Assembly (NCBI GenBank): GCA_902599495.1
Contig: CACKFY010000002.1
Coordinates: 55,760 to 119,759, forward strand
Direction: 5' to 3'
Origin: an uncultured Pelagibacteraceae bacterium
Lineage (GTDB): Bacteria; Pseudomonadota; Alphaproteobacteria; Pelagibacterales; Pelagibacteraceae
DNA: 64,000 nt
The translations under genes were made by a program, and so were the position numbers. Under the pieces are notes generated by a model that was given only the letters and a program-made list of their open reading frames with translations, did not search any database and was not told where the DNA came from. Positions 32,584 to 39,767 of this stretch are shown piece after piece (within the stretch, counting starts at the first letter, position 1; every line of letters starts with the position of its first letter).

Positions 32584-33945
32584 ATGGATTTAACAAAAGG
32601 TTCAATTTGGCAACTTTTAAGAAAAGTAACTATACCCGCTAGTACTGGATCTCTTTTTCAAACTTTTTATAATCTAGTTGATACTTATTTTGCAGGAAGA
32701 ATTTCTCCAGAAGCATTAGCAGCAATAGCAAAATCTTGGCCAATTTATTTTATAGCAATAGCTGTAGCTGTTGGTATTGGAGCTGGTACAACAGCTTTAA
32801 TAAGTAACTCTATTGGGGCGAAAGAGGAGAGAAAAGCTTCTATGTATGTTGCTCAGTCTATAGTACTAGCAATTGTTATCTCGATTTTTGTAACTTTGTT
32901 TGGTTTAAATTTTTCCGATGAACTTTTAAGAATTATGGGTTCTACTGAAGAAAGTATAATTTTAACACGTAAATACTTAGATATAATATTTTTTGGTGCA
33001 ATAATTGTATTAGCTCAGTTATCTTTAAATGGAACTTTGAATGCACAAGGTGATACAAAAAGTTATAGAAATGTTTTAATATTCACTTTCTTCTTAAATA
33101 TATTTCTTAATCCTTTATTTATTTTTGGTTATGGGTTTATACCAGCATTCGGAATTGCTGGTTTAGCAATAGCCACGTTAGTTTCTCAGTGTGTAGGCTT
33201 AATATATCTAGCTAACAAAGTTTACTGCTGTAAATTAAAAAAGTACTTGTATATAGAATGCTTTAAACCAAAGTTTGATTATATCAGCGCACTTTTTAAA
33301 CAGTCAGTCCCAATAATGTTTACCATGTTAATGATAATGTTTGGAGTATTTAATATTTTCTATTTTGTTGGTCAATTTGGTGAACTAGCAACAGCAGGTT
33401 ATGGTACAGCAGTTAGAATAGAACAAGTTTTATTACTACCTGTTATAGGTTTAAACACTGCCGTTTTATCAATTGCCGGTCAAAATTACGGAGCAAAAAT
33501 GCACTTCAGAGTAAAAGAAGTTTATGGAAAAGCATTAATGTTTGGTTCCGGGTTTATGGTGTTAGCTGGTATTTTTGTTTATTTAACGTCTGAAATTATA
33601 ATTTCTTTTTTTACAAATGACCTTGAGGTCATTCAAAGAGGGGCGCTTTACTTACAAGTTGCTGCTCTTATCGGGCCCGTTTATCCTGTATTTTTTATTA
33701 CTTCTGCTTTATTCCAGGCACTTAAAAGACCAATTTATAGTTTATATATGACGATACTTAGACTTACGTTAATACCATTTATGTCTCTCTGGTATGTAAT
33801 TAATATAAGAAACGGTGAATACCAAGATATATTCTACACAATCTTGGTAACAAATTGGATGATGGGATTAGTCGTATTAACTTTTGTTCCATTTTTTTTG
33901 AAAAGAGTATTTAGAGTTTCTTTTAAAAAGTTATTTGTATTTTAG
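32584..33945 (+). CDS. MATE-family efflux transporter
   Basis: QTFYNLVDTYF, QGDTK, LNIFLNPLFIFG, GIAGLAIAT, GQNYGA; many TM segments. Confidence 0.92.
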   Translation: MDLTKGSIWQLLRKVTIPASTGSLFQTFYNLVDTYFAGRISPEALAAIAKSWPIYFIAIAVAVGIGAGTTALISNSIGAKEERKASMYVAQSIVLAIVISIFVTLFGLNFSDELLRIMGSTEESIILTRKYLDIIFFGAIIVLAQLSLNGTLNAQGDTKSYRNVLIFTFFLNIFLNPLFIFGYGFIPAFGIAGLAIATLVSQCVGLIYLANKVYCCKLKKYLYIECFKPKFDYISALFKQSVPIMFTMLMIMFGVFNIFYFVGQFGELATAGYGTAVRIEQVLLLPVIGLNTAVLSIAGQNYGAKMHFRVKEVYGKALMFGSGFMVLAGIFVYLTSEIIISFFTNDLEVIQRGALYLQVAALIGPVYPVFFITSALFQALKRPIYSLYMTILRLTLIPFMSLWYVINIRNGEYQDIFYTILVTNWMMGLVVLTFVPFFLKRVFRVSFKKLFVF

Positions 33946-34665
33946 TTTATTTTCTAATCTTCTCACAAGGTAAGAGACTACTAATATTAATACTAAGTAT
34001 TCTAGGATTAAAAAAGTATATATTTCTAATGGTCTGTAAGTAGTTGTTACTAGTTCATTTGCCTTTCTTGTTAAATCTCCTATTCCTATAATCGATACCA
34101 GAGAGGACATTTTTAAAACATACACAAATTGATTTCCCATTGCAGGCAGCACAACTTTAATTGCTTGCGGCAGGATTACTAATCTCATTTTTTTCCAGAA
34201 ATTCATTCCAAGCGACTCAGATACTTCATGTTGTCCTTTTGAAATAGAATTTATGCCAGCCCTAAAAATTTCTGCTTGAAATGCACTTTCGCTAATAGTT
34301 AATGCTATTATACCTGATACAAATGGTGAGAAACTCACTCCTATCATAATTGGAAGACCGTAATATATCCAAAGAATTAAAACTAATAAAGGAATTGCTC
34401 TTACGATTTCGACATAAGTTATATTGAAATAACTTAAAAATTTATTATTAGATAAAGATGGGAGGGCAACTATCAAACCTATAATCATAGCCAGAACTAT
34501 AGATACTACCGAAATATAAATAGTTGTTGTAATACCGCTAATTAAAAATTTAAGATTTGTAAGACCTTCTATATTATCAGGGCTTAATATATACCAACCC
34601 CATTCATAGTTAGAACTACATCCCTGAAGCAAAAATAGAATAGAGATTAATTTTAAAAATTTCAC
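33931..34665 (-). CDS. Polar amino-acid ABC transporter permease (with N-terminal lipobox)
   Basis: VEIVRAIPLLV, AEIFRAGI, EAA-like ESLGM, ILPQA, KMSSLVS. Confidence 0.92.
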   Translation of the reverse strand: MKFLKLISILFLLQGCSSNYEWGWYILSPDNIEGLTNLKFLISGITTTIYISVVSIVLAMIIGLIVALPSLSNNKFLSYFNITYVEIVRAIPLLVLILWIYYGLPIMIGVSFSPFVSGIIALTISESAFQAEIFRAGINSISKGQHEVSESLGMNFWKKMRLVILPQAIKVVLPAMGNQFVYVLKMSSLVSIIGIGDLTRKANELVTTTYRPLEIYTFLILEYLVLILVVSYLVRRLENKLKYK

Positions 34666-34706
34666 TATTTAACTATATTTGTTAATGGAGGGTATTGAAA
34701 CTTAAA

Positions 34707-35474
34707 TTATAAGCTTTTTAAATTGTACTTAGAGAGTAATTTCTTAAAATAACCTGAAGCTTGCTTCTTTTTAATCCAATTACTTACATAATCATTCCAA
34801 ACTTTATCTCCTTTTGGAACCATCATCGCTAAAAATGCTGGATTTTTTCCACCATCAGGAACTATGGCTAATTGAGGATATTTAATAACTAATTTATTCG
34901 CTTCAGTTGAACTTGTAATATTTCCATCCGCTCTGCCCGCAAGAACCTCTTGAAAATCTCTAGCTGGGGCTTCAACAGATTGTAGTTTTGATTTTGGAAA
35001 AAATTCCTTTGCTTTTTCTTCTTGAGAAGTACCTAATGTTGTTGCAATTTTCACATTACTATTATTTAGCGACTCCCAGGTAGGAAACTTTTTTAAATTC
35101 TTTTTTAAAACAAGCGGTACAGTTGCGTACTTATAATATGTAGCAGTAAAACCAGCTACTTCAGCTCTTTTTGGAGTTTTAGTTACGCTTGTTGAAATAT
35201 CGTATCGATCAGCTGTAATCCCAGCCACTATTGTTTTCCACTCTGCAGGCACAAACTTAATTTTTACGCCCATATCTTTTGCAAGTTCCCTCATGACATC
35301 AATGTCAAAACCTTTATATTTGTTAGTAGCTGGATCTTTCATAGACATTGGATCCCAATCTCCAGTCGTTCCAACTCTTAACTCTCCATTTTTTTTAATT
35401 GTTTGAAGTTTAGACTCCGCGTTTGCTGATGCGGTAATTAATAGTAAGGTAAAAAGTACTATAATTTTTTTCAT
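34707..35474 (-). CDS. Family 3 solute-binding protein, cyclohexadienyl dehydratase (PheC)-like clade
   Basis: Signal peptide; [25 protein letters not shown]. Confidence 0.85.
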   Translation of the reverse strand: MKKIIVLFTLLLITASANAESKLQTIKKNGELRVGTTGDWDPMSMKDPATNKYKGFDIDVMRELAKDMGVKIKFVPAEWKTIVAGITADRYDISTSVTKTPKRAEVAGFTATYYKYATVPLVLKKNLKKFPTWESLNNSNVKIATTLGTSQEEKAKEFFPKSKLQSVEAPARDFQEVLAGRADGNITSSTEANKLVIKYPQLAIVPDGGKNPAFLAMMVPKGDKVWNDYVSNWIKKKQASGYFKKLLSKYNLKSL

Positions 35475-35532
35475 GTTTTCTTTTAACTTTTCACTCGTTC
35501 ATTTTCCAAACGCATATTGCCCCACATAATGG

Positions 35533-35561
35533 TTGACTAAAGTAAAATTTTTTTCTATAAA
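35533..35561 (+). promoter_or_regulatory. sigma70 promoter of umuDC
   Basis: TTGACT (35533-35538), 17 nt, TATAAA (35556-35561). Confidence 0.75.
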
Positions 35562-35562
35562 A

Positions 35563-35577
35563 GAACAAAATAAGAAC
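35563..35577 (+). promoter_or_regulatory. Alphaproteobacterial LexA (SOS) box
   Basis: GAAC-aaaataa-GAAC = GAAC-N7-GAAC, between the -10 element and the umuD ATG. Confidence 0.85.
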
Positions 35578-35581
35578 ATTT

Positions 35582-35980
35582 ATGGAGTTGAAAATACCTT
35601 ATTACATACACAAAGTAGGAGCGGGTTTTCCCTCTCCCGCAACAGATTATATAGAGGATGATGTAGATTTAAATCATCATCTTATAAAAAATTCACCAGC
35701 AACATTTATAATTAGAGTTCAAGGCAAGTCTATGAATAGTGTAGGAATCTACGATGGTGATTTATTAATAGTAGATCGAAGTATTAACCCAAAAAATCTT
35801 TCAACAGTTATAGCCAATGTTAACGATGAATTAGTGGTGAAAACAATCCTGAAAGAAAAAGGGGAAACATTTTTAACATCTGGATCTAAAAAAAAATCAG
35901 AAAGAATTCATTTAGCAAAAGATCAAGAAGTAATTATTTGGGGAGTGGTAACTTATGTCATCCATCAAGTACACAACTAA
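35582..35980 (+). CDS. umuD: DNA polymerase V subunit UmuD (S24 peptidase)
   Basis: VGAGFPSPATDYIE, catalytic Ser in GKSM and Lys in VVK. Confidence 0.93.
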   Translation: MELKIPYYIHKVGAGFPSPATDYIEDDVDLNHHLIKNSPATFIIRVQGKSMNSVGIYDGDLLIVDRSINPKNLSTVIANVNDELVVKTILKEKGETFLTSGSKKKSERIHLAKDQEVIIWGVVTYVIHQVHN

Positions 35981-37238
35981 GAAAAATAAAATAGCCTTAG
36001 TAGATTGTAATTCATTTTACGTATCCTGTGAGAGACTTTTTAATCCTAAGATACAAAAAAAAGCTGTAGTAGTTTTATCAAATAATGATGGATGTGTAAT
36101 ATCTAGATCAAGAGAAGCAAAAGATTTAGGTATTAAAATGGGAGAGCCCTACTTCAAAGTAAAAGAATTAGTAAAAAAAAATAAAGTTGAAGTGTATTCT
36201 TCAAACTATGCATTGTATGGAGATATATCGAGAAGAGTTATGAAAGTATTAAAAACTTTTTCACCAAAAGTAGAAATTTATTCAATCGATGAAGCTTTTA
36301 TTGATTTATCCTTTATAGATGAAAAAGGAGTTGAGGATTACGGAAGAGAGATAAGATCAAGAGTTCTTAGGTGGACGGGCATGCCGACAAGCGTAGGTAT
36401 ATCCAACACAAAAACATTAAGTAAGGTAGCCAATCATATAGCAAAAAAAGAAAAAGCAGGTGTAATTTATTTAAATACAAATATTGACGAAAAATTGAAA
36501 AAATTTCCAATCGAAGATGTTTGGGGAGTAGGTAAACAGTTATCTAAGTTTTACCGCAAGAACAATATAAGTAATGCTTATGATTTAAAAAATGTTTCAA
36601 ACACGTGGGTAAAAAAAGGAACAAATGTTTTAGGCGCGAAAACAGCAATGGAACTAAGAGGAACACCTTGTATTGACTTACAAATAGATCAAGAAAAAAG
36701 AAAGAATTGTTGTGTTTCAAGATCGTTTGGCAGAAAAGTAAAAGATATAAATGAATTAGAGGAATCAGTTATTACTCATTGCTTGAATGCAGCAGAAAAA
36801 ATTAGAGCTGATGATCAAATAGCAAAAACAATAACGGTATTTATAAGAACAAGCCCATTTGATAAGAACAGAAGATATTACTCTAATTCAAAAACAATAG
36901 ATTTAGCAATCCCCACTAGCAATAGCATAGAATTAATAAAAAATGCTGTTAAAGCGCTAACCGACATATACAAATACGGTTACTCTTATCAAAAAGCTGG
37001 AATAATCTTATCAGGATTGAAAGATGCAAATCAAAATGATCAGAATCTTTTAACTCCACTTCTTGAAAACAAATCTAAGAAATTAATGAAAGCTATAGAT
37101 TATACTAACACAAAATACGGACGATATGCGATCAGTATAGCTCAAGCAGGACTAAGCAAAGGTTGGAAAATGAGAAGAGAACATTCATCTAAAATAGATA
37201 CAGCTTCATTTGACTCTTTGCCTAAAATAGTAGTATAA
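35955..37238 (+). CDS. umuC: DNA polymerase V subunit UmuC (Y-family)
   Basis: LVDCNSFYVSCE, VLSNNDGCVI, SSNYALYGDIS, YSIDEAF, C-terminal WKMRRE. Confidence 0.96.
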   Translation: MSSIKYTTKKNKIALVDCNSFYVSCERLFNPKIQKKAVVVLSNNDGCVISRSREAKDLGIKMGEPYFKVKELVKKNKVEVYSSNYALYGDISRRVMKVLKTFSPKVEIYSIDEAFIDLSFIDEKGVEDYGREIRSRVLRWTGMPTSVGISNTKTLSKVANHIAKKEKAGVIYLNTNIDEKLKKFPIEDVWGVGKQLSKFYRKNNISNAYDLKNVSNTWVKKGTNVLGAKTAMELRGTPCIDLQIDQEKRKNCCVSRSFGRKVKDINELEESVITHCLNAAEKIRADDQIAKTITVFIRTSPFDKNRRYYSNSKTIDLAIPTSNSIELIKNAVKALTDIYKYGYSYQKAGIILSGLKDANQNDQNLLTPLLENKSKKLMKAIDYTNTKYGRYAISIAQAGLSKGWKMRREHSSKIDTASFDSLPKIVV

Positions 37239-37239
37239 A
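37210..37239 (+). promoter_or_regulatory. Putative promoter for the riboswitch/symporter, embedded in the 3' end of umuC
   Basis: TTGACT (37210-37215), 18 nt, TATAAA (37234-37239), about 7 nt before the riboswitch. Confidence 0.5.
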
Positions 37240-37242
37240 AAA

Positions 37243-37308
37243 ATACGGGGTGTCAGAAAGACTGAGATTATACCCGACGAACCTGACCGGTAATTCAGTA
37301 AGGGAACT
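37243..37308 (+). ncRNA. TPP-class riboswitch, compact non-canonical variant
   Basis: GGGGTG-(GTC agaaa GAC)-TGAGA-ttat-ACCC-gacga-ACCTGA-ccgg-TAAT-tcag-taAGGGA is collinear with the THI-box consensus; ends 3 nt before the ATG of a symporter. Confidence 0.85.
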
Positions 37309-38760
37309 ATGGATAAAACACTTTTATCGCAACAAACAACAATAGCTATTACAATATTAATTGGCCTGTTCTTTATATGGCTGGGTTTCTTAAATAATAA
37401 AAAAATATTTAATAGTAAAAATTATATTGTTGGTGATAGGGATGAAAATACATTTTCATTAACTTCGAGCCTAACAGCATCAGCACTGGGAGCTTGGGTT
37501 TTATTTGGTCCTCCTTCTGCAGCAACTTGGGGAGGGATAGGTGCCGTAATCGGTTATGCATTAGGTACGGCCGCGCCAATGTTATTTCTTTACAATTTTG
37601 GCCCTAAAATCCGAAGAGAATTTCCAAACGGTTTAACACTAACTGAATTTATACAAAAAAGATTTGGTCAAGCTATATTAAGATTAAGTTTATTCTTAAT
37701 ACTATTTTATTTGATAATTTTTTTAATTGCTGAGGTGACGGCTATAGCATTTTTATTAAATTATATTTCAAAAATTCCATTATGGGTTACCGCAGGTTTA
37801 ACCTTAATCATTTGTTTACTTTATGTATTAAGAGGAGGGTTTAAACTTTCAATTATTACTGACAAATATCAGTTTATTTTTATAATATGCATTATTTTAT
37901 TTTCATTAATTTTGGTTTTTAATAACTTAAATCTAACTAGCTATGAAACAATAAAAATAAATTCACCACAATTAATTAGCAAAGATTATTTACCTAACTA
38001 CACAGCTGGTTTAACTTTTTTCATAGCGGTTGCTTGTACCAATTTATTTCATCAAGGAAATTGGCAAAGAGTTTTTTCAGCAAAAAATAATTCAATTCTA
38101 AAAAAAAGTTTAATTAATTCATCTATTATAATTTTTATAATAGTTTTTTGGATGGGATATTCAGGTTTAATATCTTTTTCATTAAATTCAAAAGTTACTC
38201 CAGATCTTGCTTTCTTTAACTTAATTTTAGATGAAAAAAAATCTCTTATAGTTGTGTCAGTGTTAATTTTAGCATTGTCATTAACATTAAGTACCATTGA
38301 CACATTAATAAATGCTATTTCAGGTTTGCTAATCGTGAATGGTAGTCAAATAAACAAAATGATTAAAGGAAAAAAAATTAAAGAAAAAACAAATTTTATT
38401 ATTTTATTTATATGTTCTATAGTTTTTATTTTTGCATCAAGAGGATATAGTATATTATACTTATTTTTACTTGCTGATCTTCTTTGTTGTGCTGCTGTTG
38501 TTACAATTTTTTATGGTTTTTTTAACAAAAATATTAATCCTAAACTTGCGGCTTATTCAATAATTCTTGGTTTGATTTTTGGTCTGTTGTTTTTTCCAAG
38601 TCAAAATTTTGAAACAAGTATTTTAGTAGGAAATTTGATATCTATTGATAATTTTTCAATTTTTATTAGAACAAATCTACTTTTTATATCTTTTCTTATA
38701 TCTCTATTTGCTCCTCTTATAATAATTTTATTTCACTCTTTACGCAATTCGTTAAGGTAA
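37309..38760 (+). CDS. Sodium:solute symporter, ThiV-like (putative thiamine-precursor/HMP transporter)
   Basis: ASALGAWVLFGP, TDKYQ, FHQGNWQRVF, STIDT, YLFLLADL; about 13 TM; TPP-like riboswitch upstream. Confidence 0.8.
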   Translation: MDKTLLSQQTTIAITILIGLFFIWLGFLNNKKIFNSKNYIVGDRDENTFSLTSSLTASALGAWVLFGPPSAATWGGIGAVIGYALGTAAPMLFLYNFGPKIRREFPNGLTLTEFIQKRFGQAILRLSLFLILFYLIIFLIAEVTAIAFLLNYISKIPLWVTAGLTLIICLLYVLRGGFKLSIITDKYQFIFIICIILFSLILVFNNLNLTSYETIKINSPQLISKDYLPNYTAGLTFFIAVACTNLFHQGNWQRVFSAKNNSILKKSLINSSIIIFIIVFWMGYSGLISFSLNSKVTPDLAFFNLILDEKKSLIVVSVLILALSLTLSTIDTLINAISGLLIVNGSQINKMIKGKKIKEKTNFIILFICSIVFIFASRGYSILYLFLLADLLCCAAVVTIFYGFFNKNINPKLAAYSIILGLIFGLLFFPSQNFETSILVGNLISIDNFSIFIRTNLLFISFLISLFAPLIIILFHSLRNSLR

Positions 38761-39605
38761 ATTATTACTGCTATCCATATAAATAAAAAACTTATTAATT
38801 TTTCTATTTCAAGTGGTTGACCCAGATAAAATATACTTAAAAAAAATTGAGCCGTTGGTGTCAAAAAAAATATCATGCTCGCAGGTCCTATTCCTATTAA
38901 TTCAAATCCTTTAATGTACATAAAGAGAGGAATTAGTGTCATAAATCCTGCAAAAAACAAATAAAAAGATAATGTAGGATTATCAAATCCAAAGACATTT
39001 GTATTATTGAAAACAAGAGAGCTAAATAAAATTAATGCTATTGGAGAAATTAACAAAGTTTCAAAAAATAATCCTATATCTGATGAAATATTTATTTTTT
39101 TTCTTATTAGAGTATAAAAACTAAATGTGATTGCGACAGTTAAACCAATCCATGGAATATTATTAAATTCAATTAGTAAATAAATTATAGATAAAAAGAC
39201 AAGAAATATAGCGATTGATTTATTTCTATTAATTTTTTCTTTTAAAAATATTCTTCCCAAAAAAACACTCAATATAGGAAAAATATAATATCCAAGGGAT
39301 GCATCTAGCATATTGTTTACCGAAATAGAATAAAGCCATGTAAACCAATTAATAGAAACTAAAACTCCAGTAAGAAATAATAAACCTAGAGTACTTAGAG
39401 ATTTAGATACTTTTTTAAATTCTGACCACTTTCCAAAATAAAAGGTTGTAAATACTAAAAGCACTGTTGTCCAAATAGTACGATGTATTGTCAATTCAAC
39501 AGGTGACGCAAAAGACACAAATTTGAAATAAATTACACCAATGATACCCCACCAAAGAGAAGCGCCTACAGTAAATAAAGATCCTTCAAATAATTTTTTT
39601 TTCAT
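38733..39605 (-). CDS. rarD: EamA-family transporter RarD
   Basis: LWWG, HRTIW, NWFTW, ASLGYYIFP, PWIGL, FSFYTLIRK, PTAQF. Confidence 0.9.
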   Translation of the reverse strand: MKKKLFEGSLFTVGASLWWGIIGVIYFKFVSFASPVELTIHRTIWTTVLLVFTTFYFGKWSEFKKVSKSLSTLGLLFLTGVLVSINWFTWLYSISVNNMLDASLGYYIFPILSVFLGRIFLKEKINRNKSIAIFLVFLSIIYLLIEFNNIPWIGLTVAITFSFYTLIRKKINISSDIGLFFETLLISPIALILFSSLVFNNTNVFGFDNPTLSFYLFFAGFMTLIPLFMYIKGFELIGIGPASMIFFLTPTAQFFLSIFYLGQPLEIEKLISFLFIWIAVIIYLNELRKE

Positions 39606-39674
39606 TTCAGCATTTTTTTGATTGATTTATATGGTAATAATTTAATAATTAGTACTAAATAAGACTGGAAATAC

Positions 39675-39766
39675 GGAAGAGTGGGTGAGCGGTTGAAACC
39701 AGTTGGTTGCTAACTAACCGTACGAGTAACATCGTACCGAGAGTTCGAATCTCTCCTCTTCCGCCA
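39675..39766 (+). tRNA. tRNA-Ser(GCT)
   Basis: Acceptor GGAAGAG/CTCTTCC, G discriminator, encoded CCA; anticodon arm GTTGG-TTGCTAA-CTAAC; long variable arm; GTTCGAAT T-loop. Confidence 0.96.
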
Positions 39767-39767
39767 G

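Noticed and set aside
34669-34685. TTAAC-N7-GTTAA palindrome between the binding protein and the permease
   Set aside because: AT-only arms are expected by chance at this composition; not the CtrA direct-repeat form
33931-39766. Possible genomic island beside tRNA-Ser
   Set aside because: No integrase, transposase or att duplication; the block lies on the 5' side of the tRNA and its junctions overlap core genes
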